From: Pseudogymnoascus verrucosus
Taxonomy: Eukaryota
DNA: 64,000 nt
Direction: 5' to 3' (one strand)
NCBI GenBank assembly: GCA_001662655.1
Contig: KV460246.1
Shown: positions 37,270 to 50,329 of the stretch, one piece after another
Position numbering within the stretch: position 1 is the first letter of the stretch
Layout of the letters: each line of letters begins with the position of its first letter
Made by a program: the position numbers and the translations under genes
The notes under the pieces: model-generated
Seen by the model: the letters and a program-made list of their open reading frames with translations, nothing else
What the model was told of the DNA's origin: nothing
Database searches by the model: none

Positions 37270-40032
37270 CTACCGCACCACACTCCTCTCCAACACCTCA
37301 TCCGCAGCCCTCAACGCCCTCTCCCTCTCCACCCCTTCCATAACCTGCGCCTGCTTCATAAAATCCACCGTGCTCTGCCTCAACGCCATCACATCCGCCA
37401 TGTGACTCTTTTCGCGGCCACTCCACGTCTTATACTTCTCTCTGCGCTTCGCACGGTTGATTTTTGCCCTCGCCTCTGGCCTGAAGAGATCGTCACTTGT
37501 CTCTTTCCTCCCACGGAGATCGTCCATGCTGCCCCGACGAGGAATGTTGGGGGCATCGGGGATCCCTTGGTATATCGGTTTACTGGTCTCGGGGCGTTGA
37601 TATTTTTGGGTCGCACCGCGACGAGGGCTGCGAGAGAGTATATCTGCCTTGAGATCTCCCAGTTCCTTGTCTGCACTTGAACTCGAGTGGAGACCATATG
37701 CTGTGTCGGTGGACGCTTTGTTTTGTTTGGTGAGAAATCTGTCAAACGACGTCCGAACTTTCGCAGTCAGCCTTCCAGGAAGACGCTGGCGGAGAGATTC
37801 CTCCTGATGATTTTGCTGCGGGTTCTTAGTAGTGGAGGCATCTCCATGTAGTCCGTCAAGTAGCTCCCTGATAGCGAAATCAGATCTGGCAACGACATCG
37901 TCGTGCTCAGTACTCCCACGACGGCTTTCACGCCTGTGGCTCGGGAAATTAGCCCAGGACTCTGGGGGTATCACAACACTCGACCGATTGCTTCGAGAAG
38001 AGCGTCTGGATCTATCTGTTTCATCGGTCAATGTCTGTTCGTTTCTCTTCGTATGTTTATTATTAGTCTTTCCGTCAAGCTTGCTTCGTTTTCCAGTGGG
38101 ACTTGACTGCCTTACTCCAGATTCGGCACCACACGAGTTTCCATCGATTGATTGACGGAACGCCTTCGTCCACATAATTTCCGTGCTTTCCATTGAATAA
38201 CTTTTCGCGCGGTCCAAGGATACCGATTCCTTTCTCGATGCGGTTCGAACGGGAGTTCCATTTTTAGCAGGTCTCGCTTTATTATGACCAGATTGACGGT
38301 CAGTGGTGACTGAATCGAAAGGGTCTTCGCTATCAAAGCTTCCAGTGAGCCTTCCAAGCCCCGAGAGCCTCATTGCTGATAAAACCGATGACCGAAAGCT
38401 GGATTTAGAGCCTGGTTCGTCGAAGTCTTCTGAGAATTTGCTAGTTAATGGCGTAGAGGGCTGACGCTTATTCATCACAGGTGAATTGGGAGCTCCTGAG
38501 CACACTGGGTTTTCCATATATTCGTTCACGTCGGCTTTGGGTGAAGTGGAAGGTAGAGGGTATCTCATACGGCTTTTGCTTTCCCTTGATGAGTAGCCTT
38601 CTCCGCTGTGCTGCTGGTGTCTTCTGATCACGGGGTTGATTTCATCGATCTCCTCGTCCGGCTTGGTTATTACAATACGCGGAACTAGAGAATCTCAGAA
38701 TCAATAAATTGCACATGTTAGTGAAATCAAGCCACTCTCACCCTGCAAATAACTTGGTACGATATTCTGTCCTTGCATAATGGTTAGCGATAGCTGCGGT
38801 CCTGGTGATGATTTGTAAGTTTGCCCGGGACTATCTTCATCGTCTGGTTTATGCGATGATGAAGTTCCATCGCCCAGAACCTGACCCCACGTTCTTGGAA
38901 CCTTGCTTTCACTAAAGGCTGAGCCAGAAATGTTGCAAAAATATCGAGATCTTCTGGTGTTAATTTCTCGAAACCCATCTTCGGGACTTACAGGTTCGCC
39001 GTCAAGGGTTATGTCTTTGTACTCAGATGACTGCTGTTGTGGAATGTAAGTGCCTGCAGACGCCAAGCGTTGGGAGATTTGCATCTCATGAAGTGGGATT
39101 GCGGATGCCTTTTCCGGAATGTGAGGTCCTGCAGTTAGTTCACCTGAAGTTGCACTGGAATGTTGAGCCTCCAGAGACCGTCGGTATCCGCTGTTCAGCC
39201 ATCTCTTCTTCTTGCCAGGGGAGGGCGGATGCTCAGAGGTAGGCACTGTCAGGTTGGCATTGTTTGTGCTCTGGTCTTCAGGATTGGACAAGCTAAGCGC
39301 TCGCAAACACCTGGCTCGCTGCGGAGATGTAAATGATAGTCTCCAAGAGGTACGCCCAATTGATGTATCGCCGATATTAGGGGTATTCTGGGGGTTCAGA
39401 ACGGGAGGCAAGGGGGTTTCCGGGTCCTCAAGGGCCGAATCCGACCTGTTTGGTGTATCGACGGCCATTTTGCGAGATGGGAGCGGTTGATTGTCACCGG
39501 GATCGACACGATGGCTGGAGTAAGCATTGATAATATCATTTACTGAATCGTCTTGAGAGGTATCATCTGAATCATTAGCTGCACCTTTCGATGTCTGTCC
39601 GAACGGGCTGGCGCAAAGAGGTGTCGCATCCTCGTCGTAAACACGTATGTCCCCGAGTTCTTCTTGTAATCTCTTAGCGCGGATACGCTTCACCTCTTCA
39701 CGGCGTGCGACCTCCTCCTCGCTAATCGCAACGGTCGACGTTGGGGATCTCTGGTTTGTGAGTGTCAAGTCGCGCGAGAAGCGTTTTTGTAGCTTTGACC
39801 CGCCAGCACGTCGTTTCTTCAAATTTGAATCATCCCCATCATCGAGATTGTCACCTTTAAAAATAGCATGCAGTTCCGCAGCGTCCTCGGATTTTGAAAA
39901 TCGGGAACTCCACGACACCATGCGTGCATTTCCCGATGCCTGCGGATGCACCGAGACCGGATTGACTTGGCGAGGTGGCCTGCCGTCTGGTGAAGGAGAC
40001 CCACGAGCAATGCAACATGTATTGCCTCTCAT
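37270..40032 (-). CDS. Large Ser/Arg-rich, likely disordered hypothetical protein, 2 exons
   Basis: ORFs of 443 and 453 aa join in frame through intron 38741..38685 (GTGAGA..CTAAC..TAG). Confidence 0.72.
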
Positions 40033-41110
40033 GGCTCAATTTGAAGATGACAGACGACAAAGAAAACAGTGAGAATAGAGCTCACAAAAAAAGCACAGAG
40101 AAGAAGCTGGATGGGTCATGGACAGAGAGAAAGGGACCAACGAAGCTACAGACGTCACAGTAGGGGACATCACTGTACTGGCAGGAACGAACGAGCAGTA
40201 CTCCTTCCATTTTCATGAAATATTGTATTCTATTGTATCGATCGTACTTGCCATAACAGCAATTGGGAAACTTGAGAGGGTCGTTCCTGCCCTTTTCGGG
40301 CTTTTAGGGCTTTTGAGGGCATATCGGAGATACTTTAATACTACTGTAGTACTGTCTGTACGTATCTCGATGATCGGAGGGTGAACTGTCTCACTCGTAC
40401 ATATTTCAGAAACGACTGTGCGTATTAACGGTTGACCGTTAATCAACCACAACTACTTTTGTTTTATGTGTGTGGTCATATTTACACCACCAAACTCCAA
40501 ACGCACCAAGAGCCTCTTTCAAACCCGATAAAGCTTCATCACACGATCGGACTACAGACCAGCTTTACAGCTCATACCCATACCTTAACCTGTCCTAATA
40601 AAACGTTTTTTGAGCGACATCACCCCTCCAACCAACCCCTCCCATACCTTCCAACCTACCATAGCCCTCAAACACCCCACAACCCCTCCACCCCTCCTCC
40701 CATGTATCCCGATACACGGGGCATTTCTTCATTATTTAACGGGTATCGGGCATTTTGACGAATCACGCCATCACCCCGCCCTCTCGCCTCCGACCCAGGA
40801 GCCAAAAAGACCCCACCATCACAGTAACCAAAACAATTACCCCTCCGAAAATCAAAATCTAGTCTACTCTACTCGTCTACTCGCATCTCACCGCCCCGCC
40901 CCCTCTTTCCTCTTCTACTTCTTCTCCTTCTTTCTCCCTTATTCTCCCTCTTCTTTCATCATCTCCTCCTCCTCCAAAAAAACCCTCATCTACTCTTCAT
41001 AAAGTCAGATAGACTTTTGACATCTATCTTCCTTACTACTACAGGAAGTAGAACCCTTCAGTCTTCTTCACAAACCCTTCACCTCTCTCTCTTCACAACC
41101 CACAGCCAAG

Positions 41111-43550
41111 ATGGTTCAATCGTATGTTAACTTACCCCTCTTCTCCCATCCATCGAGATTATTTCAAAGACCAACTGCTAATGACAAGTCTACAGAGCTA
41201 TCCTCGGTTTCCCTCGCATGGGTGCGAACCGTGACCTCAAGAAGGCCACCGAGAACTACTGGGGTGGAAAGATCACCCAGGATGAGCTCCTCGCTGAGGC
41301 CAAGCGCCTCCGTCTTGCTCACTGGAAGATCCAGAAAGATGCCGGTGTCGACATCATCCCATCCAACGACTTCGCTCTCTACGATCAGGTCCTTACCCAC
41401 ATCCAGGACTTCAACGTAAGCACAAATTCCCATACCTTCGAGCTCTTGTTACAGCTGCTAATCCATCCAATCAGGCTGTCCCAGAGAGGTACACCAAGTA
41501 CAAGCTCAACGCTGTTGATGAGTACTTCGCTATGGGCCGTGGTCTCCAGAAGGAGGGCGTCGATGTCCCATCTCTGGAGATGGTTAAGTGGTTCGATTCG
41601 AACTACCATTACGTCAAGCCAACCCTCCAGGACAACCAGGAGTTCAAGCTTGTTGAGAGCCCAAAGGCTGTCAACGAGTTCGTTGAGGCCAAGGAGGCTG
41701 GCATCACCACCCGCCCCGTCCTCGTTGGACCAGTTTCTTTCCTTGCCCTCGGAAAGCCAGACCGTAACCAGACCGTTGACCCAATCTCTTTGATTGACAA
41801 ACTTGTCCCAGTTTACATTGAGCTCCTCAAGAAGCTCAAGGCTGCCGGTGCTGAGACCGTCCAGATCGATGAGCCAACCCTGGTCTTCGATCTCGCACCA
41901 AAGGTCAAGGCTGCCTTCAAGCCAACCTACGAGAAGCTTGCCGCTCTCGGAGATGCCATCCCCAAGATCGTTCTCGCCACCTACTTCGGTGACATCGTCC
42001 ACAACGTCGATGCCCTTCCCCAGGACATCTACGGTCTCCACATCGACCTTGTCCGCAACCCAGAGCAGCTCGATGAGGTTGTCAAGGCCCTTGGCCCAAA
42101 GACCATCCTCTCTGCCGGTGTTGTCGATGGTCGCAACATCTGGAAGACCAACCTCAAGCGTGCCATTGAGGTCGTTGAGTCCGCCATCCAGAAGGTTGGC
42201 AAGGAGCGTGTCATTGTCGCCACCTCCTCTTCCCTCCTCCACACCCCTCACACTCTCGCCAGCGAGAAGAAGCTTGACGCTGAGATCGCCGATTGGTTCT
42301 CCTTCGCCGTCGAGAAGGCTGCTGAGGTTGCCATCATCGCCAAGGCCGTCACCGAGGGCCCAGACTCCGTCCGTGAGGCCCTTGAGGCCAACGCCAAGTC
42401 TGTCCAGGCTCGTGCTACCTCCAAGCGCACCAACGACCCCGCCGTCAAGGACCGCCAGTCGAAGGTTACCCCAGCCATGTACAACCGCAAGTCTGAGTTC
42501 CCTGTCCGTATCTCCCAGCAACAGGAGAAGCTTGGCCTCCCAATGTTCCCCACCACCACCATTGGTTCCTTCCCCCAGACCAAGGAGATCCGCATTTACC
42601 GTAACAAGTTCACCAAGGGCGAGATCACCGCTGCTGAGTACGAGAAGTTCATTGAGAAGGAGATCGAAGAGGTTGTCAAGATCCAAGAGGAGCTTGACCT
42701 CGATGTCTACGTTCACGGTGAGCCGGAGCGTAACGACATGGTCCAGTACTTTGGTGAGCGTCTCGATGGTTATGCTTTCACCACCAACGGATGGGTTCAG
42801 TCTTACGGTTCCCGCTGCGTTCGCCCACCGATTGTTGTCGGTGATATCTCCCGCCCAGCCCCAATGACCGTCAAGGAGTCCAAATACGCCGTCTCCATCT
42901 CCAAGAAGCCAATGAAGGGAATGTTGACTGGCCCAATCACCTGCCTCAGATGGTCGTTCCCCCGTGACGATGTTCACCAGTCCGTCCAGGCTGAGCAGCT
43001 TGCTCTTGCTCTCCGTGATGAGGTTGTTGACCTCCAGAACGCCGGTGTGTTCGTCATCCAGGTCGATGAGCCCGCTCTCCGTGAGGGTCTTCCCCTCCGC
43101 GCCGGCAAGGAGCGCGTTGCCTACCTCGACTGGGCCGTCAAGTCTTTCCGCCTGTCCGTCGCCGGTGTTGAGGACTCCACCCAGATCCACTCTCACTTCT
43201 GTTACTCCGAGTTCCAGGACTTCTTCCACGCCATCGCCGCCCTCGATGCCGATGTCCTCTCCATCGAGAACTCCAAGTCCGATGCCAAGCTCCTCAAGGT
43301 CTTCGTCGACGAGGCCTACCCCCGCCACATCGGCCCAGGTGTCTACGACATCCACTCTCCCCGTATCCCAAGCGAGCAAGAGATCAAGGACCGCATCGAG
43401 GAGATGCTCCAGTACCTCAAGCCAGACCAGCTCTGGATCGACCCCGACTGTGGCCTTAAGACCCGCCAGTGGGCCGAGACCAAGGCCGCCTTGGTCAACA
43501 TGGTCAACGCCGCCAAGTTCTTCCGTGAGAAGTACGCCAAGTCCACTTAA
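41111..43550 (+). CDS. MET6: Cobalamin-independent methionine synthase, 3 exons
   Basis: MVQSAILGFPRMG, EMVKWFDSNYHY, PTTTIGSFPQT, HGEPERNDMVQYFGE, WVQSYGSRCVRPP, HSHFCYSEF, WIDPDCGLKTR; strong codon bias. Confidence 0.97.
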
Positions 43551-43981
43551 AGTGGCAGTTTGATACATAATTATATGATAATAGTAGTTGTGATCATTAT
43601 GAAGGGGACGATCTCAACATCGGCGTTCTCTGGGTTTTGGGCAAGAGGGTCTAAAAAGATACTATGGGTGGGATTTCAACAGCATTGTGGGAAGCGGTAT
43701 AAGGGTGTCCATCAACCGGGCAGACCCAATCAGGCGTTTTGATCTTTTTACCTCAGCGGATTTATTTGACTTTCTCATAGATGGATTTCATCTGTTGTGT
43801 AGAAGGTTGGCGGGGAAGTAGTTAAAAAAAATACAAGCCCATTCAACCGGGAACAGTTGATTTGTCTCTTGATAATGTGATATGTTCTATCCCAAGTGCT
43901 ATCGTGCTGTTGGTATTGTTGTTGTATGAATTTAGTGGAAAATGCTTCCGCTTCATAGTGCCTGCCTCTTAGCAGCCCCAA

Positions 43982-45268
43982 TCATATGAAGGAATATCCG
44001 TCGACACGCGGTAGTTGCAAATACTCACGGTCTATCACATAGTAATGTATTGTTCTCCTTTTCAGTTCATCAACTCCCCACAGGTCCAAGATACACTGCG
44101 TGATTTCATACACCCAGTTGATTTTCTTCCCAGTTCCCTCTGCAACCACATTGCACCAGACTAAAAGCTTCCAGCAGTACTTCAGATACTTGCGCAGCTC
44201 CTCAGAATTCTCCGGATGCAACGGATCATCAGCAATTGGTAGCCGCCGCCGTGGTATATACTCTGCATGATCCAGGACCTCTGGCGCAAGTTCGAGGGGC
44301 AATCCTTTCTGCTGTAGGTACCGGGTGACAACGGGTATATCTGACCTGAGCGGCATATATTCATGGAGGTTATGAGTCTCTAGTACGGGCATGGTGGGGT
44401 TGCTATCTCGCCAATTCTGGTCAACGGATCCATCTGGACCGACCCCAAAGAACTCTTGGTGAGGATAAAGATGCACACCATATGCAGCACGAGCAGTGCA
44501 TCGTTTCAGCATCCTCTCATAGCCCTCCGCCTTACGGTAATCGAGATCCTCTGGCTTTGTTGGCGGGTTTCGGTGCTCCTCCCTCAAGTATGCCGCGCGG
44601 GCTGTGGCGTCGTATGTTTCTGGCTTGAGGAAAGATACGTTTAGGCAGATGTAGGACATGAGAGTTGACCGCATCAGCTCGCCCCAGCCAATCTGCCCCC
44701 TGCAGCATACTGGCGCCCATATAATCTCTATACTGGCAGATGGCTGTGCGGCGATGCGGAGGAGAGCGTCTATTTGGCCGTGGAGGAGGAGGGTTTTAAA
44801 TAGCTCCGTGGAGTCGTGGTGGGGAGAGGGATATTCCACACACTGGTTGAGATTATCCTCGAGTTTCCATGGTAATATAGACCTATCCACTGGGGAAAGC
44901 GGACAAGTGCATCCGTGCATGTAGGTTACAGGGCAAGGCGAAGGGCAGTAGCCCCTCTGTTTTCCCCGAGTAATTGCCATGCGATATCTTCGAACCGTAT
45001 TCCTTATTTTAGACTCCGTAACATCGTCGATGAGAAGGTCGTTAGACCCAGTCACATCGTAGGACGATGGATAGTTCTCTCGCTCAGTTCGTGACATAGA
45101 CTCCACAGCTTGAGCAAAGCCGTGAGCAAAATACATCAGCTCCTTTCCTTGTGCTGGATTCTTGCGAGGAAACAAATTCGTTTCATCTCCGTGTCGTGCT
45201 GATTTAGAGGTAAACTTGAAGTTGGAGGATAGGACACCCCACGGGATGGCGTGCGCCTGGTGTGCCAT
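43982..45268 (-). CDS. Hypothetical protein (~428 aa), intronless
   Basis: Long ORF starting at the first ATG (MAHQAHAIPW); C-terminal LPLELAPEVLDHAEY..DPLHPEN.EELRKYLKYCW helical motif. Confidence 0.7.
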   Translation of the reverse strand: MAHQAHAIPWGVLSSNFKFTSKSARHGDETNLFPRKNPAQGKELMYFAHGFAQAVESMSRTERENYPSSYDVTGSNDLLIDDVTESKIRNTVRRYRMAITRGKQRGYCPSPCPVTYMHGCTCPLSPVDRSILPWKLEDNLNQCVEYPSPHHDSTELFKTLLLHGQIDALLRIAAQPSASIEIIWAPVCCRGQIGWGELMRSTLMSYICLNVSFLKPETYDATARAAYLREEHRNPPTKPEDLDYRKAEGYERMLKRCTARAAYGVHLYPHQEFFGVGPDGSVDQNWRDSNPTMPVLETHNLHEYMPLRSDIPVVTRYLQQKGLPLELAPEVLDHAEYIPRRRLPIADDPLHPENSEELRKYLKYCWKLLVWCNVVAEGTGKKINWVYEITQCILDLWGVDELKRRTIHYYVIDREYLQLPRVDGYSFI

Positions 45269-46156
45269 AATAGGACGAGGAATGATACCTGTGGGATTCA
45301 CATGTGCTTTTCGGTTTCGAGGGGTCGTGCGGGGACAGTTATTAGGGGCAGGGGATCGCTGGGCCAAAAATAGGGTTTATAATAGACTAGTCACATGATA
45401 GTAGTCCTTCACGACACACTGTTGGATGGATTTGAAGAGATCAATTCGACTGCCTATTCTACTGTGGGGATAAGCCCTAGTTACTGTGCACCTTGGTAAT
45501 TCTTGGTAATCCCGGGTCTCGTAGTTACGACGTTAACGATACAGTTTGGCTGTATCAAACCGGATGGCCAACGAACAAAGTCGGCGAATGTGGGCCGTAG
45601 GCCGGACTGGAACAATTTGTTGGATTAATCTACAATCCGTATGAGGAAATGTTCACGAGATCAAGACTCCTGGATAGGATATGTATAACGGAAATTGTTT
45701 ATGCATCAATTAACGTTTATGATAGCCGCTTGTTGTTTCTGCCTTGTAGAAATTTGCTCCCTTCCTTTCATAATTTACTTTACAGCAATTTAGTAAATTA
45801 TGAAAGGAAGGGAGCATTATCAGCCTATTATCGGTATCCTATGATTTCTTGCATATGCATTGTGTGTTACGGTGCTTTATCCTAGTTCGAGCCATTAGAA
45901 TGGTTACGCTTGCGGAGCTTATCTCTATTTATTAGGCTATTCTTCGGTTCTCCGCATTTCTACTCTGGATACCCTGCCGCCTGCTAGCCATGCAAAGGAC
46001 GGAATGCAGCATCAATGATATAGTGATTAGGAAGTCGGGCCGGTTTGGTCAGTGTCCCTAAAACATGAACGAGAATATATAAGAACTTCATGTAGCAGGA
46101 TGAACAACGACCCTCGAACATTAAGACGTTTATTAAGTTTACTATCATTTGCTATT

Positions 46157-47935
46157 ATGATGTATGTTGCTGCTATTCTCTGCGCTGCGTTGCCTTTTGT
46201 GTATGGGCAAGCAGAAATCTGGTTCCAATGTAAGTATTTCATTGCCTTCGAAAAATACAAGCTAATTCTTTTAGGTGGCGGAGCTGGATGGACGGGAGAG
46301 ACTTCCTGCGTTGTCGGCATCTGTTGTATCGCATCGAACCCTTGGTATTCTCAATGTCTTCCATGCCCTGAAAGTACAAGCATCCCTTCGTCAAGCATTG
46401 CCGTAACAAAGCCTCCAGCAACGTCAACTACCTCAACTAAAACGGACACTCAGCCAACTGGAGTCTTCACCAACCCCGTAATCTATGAGGACTTCGCCGA
46501 CAATGATATATTCCTCGGTCCAGATGGTGCCTACTACTTCTCAGCGTCGAATATGCATTACTCCCCAGGGGCTCCCATTCTTCGGTCTTATGACTTAATA
46601 AACTGGGAATTTATCGGACATTCCGTTCCTACCTTGGACTTCGGCGATGCTTACAATATGGTTGGAGGCACTGCCTACAGAAGAGGTACCTGGGCCTCGA
46701 CGTTAAGATACCGAAAAAGCACCGGATTGTGGTACTGGTATGGATGCATTGATTTCTGGAACTCCTATGTCTACACCGCTCCTGCAGTGACCGGTCCATG
46801 GAAACAGGTAGCAAAATTCGAGGCAACATGTTTTTACGATTGTGGTCTCCTCATCGACGATGATGATACGATGTATATCGTATACGGCAGCAACGATGTC
46901 AGCGTGGCGCAGCTTTCGAGCGATGGCCTCACCATTGCGAAGACAGAGAAAGCGTTTTCGTACCCGTCTCCCTTTACCGGTATTGAAGGAAATCGCATGT
47001 ACAAGAGGAATGGGATATATTACATCCTTGACGACGCACCTGCTGAGGGCGCAACACTGATCTGGAAGTCCACTAGCCCATGGGGCCCTTGGACCGAAAA
47101 GACACTTCAAACGGCTATTCCTGGGCCGTCTGAGCTTGGTGGAGGCACGCCCTGCCAAGGAAGTTTAGTCGAGACCCCCGAAGGCGACTGGTATTTCATG
47201 TCATTCATCTGGTCATATCCGTCAGGCCGACTTCCCGTTCTCGCTCCTATTACTTGGGGCTCGGACGACTTCCCCATTTTGACGCAAGTTGGTGGGAAAT
47301 GGGGCTCGTCATACCCAAACCCCCTACCCTCCCACCCGCTCGCATCCTGGCTAGGCACCGACACCTTTCAGGGAACCAGCCTCGGCACTGATACGACGAA
47401 GTATACCGTTAACAATGGGCTAACGCTATCTACTGCTACTGTTACCAACGATCTGTTCGAGGCACGTAACACGCTCACGCACCGCGTATTCGGTGCTGTC
47501 TCTATTGGCACCGTTATCTTGGATACAAGTAACATGGCCGACGGAGACGTCTGCGGCTTAGCTGCCTATCGCGACTGGACCGCCTACATCGGCATTTCTC
47601 GCAACGGGAGCACGTACACGATTTCTAACGTGCAGGGCATGAAGCAGGATTCGGCGAACAACTGGGTGACGCTTACGGATGGGACAACGACGGCCAGCGC
47701 GACGATTACGAAGGGGAGGGTCTGGCTTAGAGGCACGGTGCAAGCTGCTCAGGTGAGCTCGCACGGGGTATCTTTTGAGTACAGCCTCGACGGGACTACC
47801 TTTAAGCCGCTTGGGGGGAGTTACACGATGAATACTGATTATAGTTACTTTATTGGGTATAGATGGGGGATTTTTAACTTTGCAGAGAAGGCGCTAGGTG
47901 GATCGGTGAAGGTGACATCATTTACGCTTGCGTAA
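46157..47935 (+). CDS. Secreted GH43 (beta-xylosidase/arabinofuranosidase-like) with N-terminal CBM1
   Basis: Signal peptide; CBM1 WFQCGGAGWTG..C...NPWYSQC after removing intron 46230..46274; S/T linker; [51 protein letters not shown]. Confidence 0.9.
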   Translation: MMYVAAILCAALPFVYGQAEIWFQCKYFIAFEKYKLILLGGGAGWTGETSCVVGICCIASNPWYSQCLPCPESTSIPSSSIAVTKPPATSTTSTKTDTQPTGVFTNPVIYEDFADNDIFLGPDGAYYFSASNMHYSPGAPILRSYDLINWEFIGHSVPTLDFGDAYNMVGGTAYRRGTWASTLRYRKSTGLWYWYGCIDFWNSYVYTAPAVTGPWKQVAKFEATCFYDCGLLIDDDDTMYIVYGSNDVSVAQLSSDGLTIAKTEKAFSYPSPFTGIEGNRMYKRNGIYYILDDAPAEGATLIWKSTSPWGPWTEKTLQTAIPGPSELGGGTPCQGSLVETPEGDWYFMSFIWSYPSGRLPVLAPITWGSDDFPILTQVGGKWGSSYPNPLPSHPLASWLGTDTFQGTSLGTDTTKYTVNNGLTLSTATVTNDLFEARNTLTHRVFGAVSIGTVILDTSNMADGDVCGLAAYRDWTAYIGISRNGSTYTISNVQGMKQDSANNWVTLTDGTTTASATITKGRVWLRGTVQAAQVSSHGVSFEYSLDGTTFKPLGGSYTMNTDYSYFIGYRWGIFNFAEKALGGSVKVTSFTLA

Positions 47936-49273
47936 TGAAGAGATTTTGCCACAGTATATATCTTCGTTATTTACATAGTCATATTTGTCTCTAGCCTAAA
48001 TAGCAGGAGGAGACTAAACTTTCACCTGGGTGCAGATAAGACTACAGTAGGCATAGCGTAGTACTATAATATGTTATTAGAAACTAAACGGACTAGAATC
48101 ATTAGGCTTCGCGGAACTCCTACACTTGCCACCCTTTCGGGTCTCTACCTAGCACTAATGAGACCAACTACCATGAGCAGGGTCGTTAGACGGGGAAGGT
48201 AGTCTCCGAGACACCTAGTCTTTCCATGGTGAGCGCAACCTAGTGGAACAATTCCTTTCCGAGTCTCGGGGCATATGTCCCTCCGCCCCACCGGACTCCA
48301 GTGTCATCCGTAGAGACGGGGGTCTCGGGACTGTCAACTACTTTAGTAGTGTTTGGCATGGGTAGCTACCTGAATGGATAAAATATCCTCGTCTGCCAGT
48401 TGCTACTAGCGGCGGTGATTTATCCTTAGATCCTTAGATCCTTGGTTCCGTTAAGTGCAGAGTTCGGCGATGTGGGGTGTGGGGTGCGCGGGGTGTGTGT
48501 GGGGTATTAGTTCCCCTTGTAGTGATACAACTCCATGCCTCGAAAGAGTCTCGAAACGATATTACAGAACAGAAATATGATTCCGCGGGGCAAAAAAACA
48601 CGCGCCTTTCCACAGTACGCCGACGTTTGCCCGAAGTATTGCTATAGTATAGGCCGAGATGCTGAAGACATTGTATTTGTGTCGTGGCGCGGGGATAGAC
48701 ATCTAGGTCCGCGTAGATGCCACCTTCTGCATGGACAATTACCAGCCTTACGGGGTCGGTACGTTAGGCTGTTACAGCTAATTGTGAAAAGCACACATAC
48801 CGCCTGAGCGCCATACAGTTTAGTTGTCGTTTATATCAAATCCCATTGCTTCTAGTGCTGCAAGAAGCTACTTCCACAAACGAGTGATAAGACTTTGTCT
48901 CTCAAGAGAGTCTTCTTTAATACATTACTATGATCTAGTTCCGCTTGCCAACGTGCGATCAAACAGATGCATGGCTAGCTGAATATGTGAGGAACTTATA
49001 GGGTTCGTCTATTATGATGCTCAAGGGTTCTATGAGCGAAAGACCTGAGTGAGTAATGACGTAAGTGAAAATGCGAGAGATATTTACCATAACTCTATAG
49101 CTTACTTTACAGAATATCACAAGAAATAGTAGCTAGAACCGTCATTACAAAGTGACTTCTTGAGGTGATAGTGTGAATCGAATTCTTTGTATTAACCGCT
49201 TATTTGAAAGCTAATCACCCATCCCCTTGTAAGCGCGCCATTTTTCCTTCTCCTATAGACATAGGGTCGTTGT

Positions 49274-50329
49274 TCAAAAATTAAAGACCAAAGGTTCCTC
49301 GCCACGCCTCGCGCGCCAATAATTCGTTGACTTCTGCAATTCTATGCATCCCTTAACGGTCCAGCCCCAATTCCTCAAGAAGGTGTCACTAACCTCCCAA
49401 CCTGCGGGATCCCAAGGTTCACCCCAAACAGTGAGACCTGTCTGCTCGTTCGGAATATCTTCGAACTCCACTAAATCATTACATAACTGATCTTCATCAT
49501 AGGAATCCCCAGCTAGCAGTAGGTTATCCCTCATCATTGGTATAGGCCAGAGATCAATCCATGGATGATGCTCAATTGTTCGTTGGAGGTCGGTCGGGCG
49601 CAGGGCTTGTGGACATTGAGGCTCGATGTTTTTGGGATGATTATTCCACGGGGATAATATATCATCGGAACTTTCGAGCCATCCCAGAGACCATCCCATG
49701 GTGCGAGTATTGCTAATGAGAGCACGGAAGACATTAAATTGAATGAGTGTGAGAAGCTGATCAACTCGTGGTGAGCCTAACATATAATCTCGATAAGCCA
49801 TCTCTTCGAACTTGGCCATAATAACTTCAAGTTGACCCCGACTTATACTAAGCGGGCTGTGTTCTATCAACCGATCATTGCTGGCCACAGCACCTAGTAA
49901 CCTAGATTGGGTGCTGCGAGGTCTTTGAGGATTGCCATCTTCATATTGCGCCTTGATTATATGTTCAACGGCAGCAATGAGGCCTCTGAATTTGCCACAA
50001 AGGCGAGTTGTCTGTGGCGATATCACAGCGGCAGGGCGTTCATTATTCTTTGAATTCGGCGTACTTGGTTTAGCCGCACGTCGTCTTCCTGTAAAGCAGA
50101 AGGTGATATATTAGTTGACGAAACTCATAGCTGGGGGTAAGAAGCTGGCAGTAGTGAAATTAGGATACCTACTGTAGGTCCTCTGATGTAAACGGTTTTG
50201 CAGCTTTCTTCGTTCAGCTGCATTGGTGATGCCTGTCCAATCGTCTTCGGGGCCCCTCACTTCCACCTGGTGTTTCATTTGTGTTAGCTCGACTGCGGGG
50301 GGCATTTCATTTCGGTCTCCGACAAACAT
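49274..50329 (-). CDS. bZIP-like / DUF3425 transcription regulator, 2 exons
   Basis: DDWTGITNAAERRKLQNRLHQRTY(R) basic region; LIQFNVFRA, LRPTDLQRTIEHHPWIDLWP.P.MRDNL, VWGEPWDPAGWEVS..FLRNWGW, STNYWR..RGE. Confidence 0.87.

Noticed and set aside
41385..43568. 727-aa antisense ORF and long off-frame ORFs over MET6
   Set aside because: Expected by-product of strong C-ending codon bias in a highly expressed gene; no recognisable motifs
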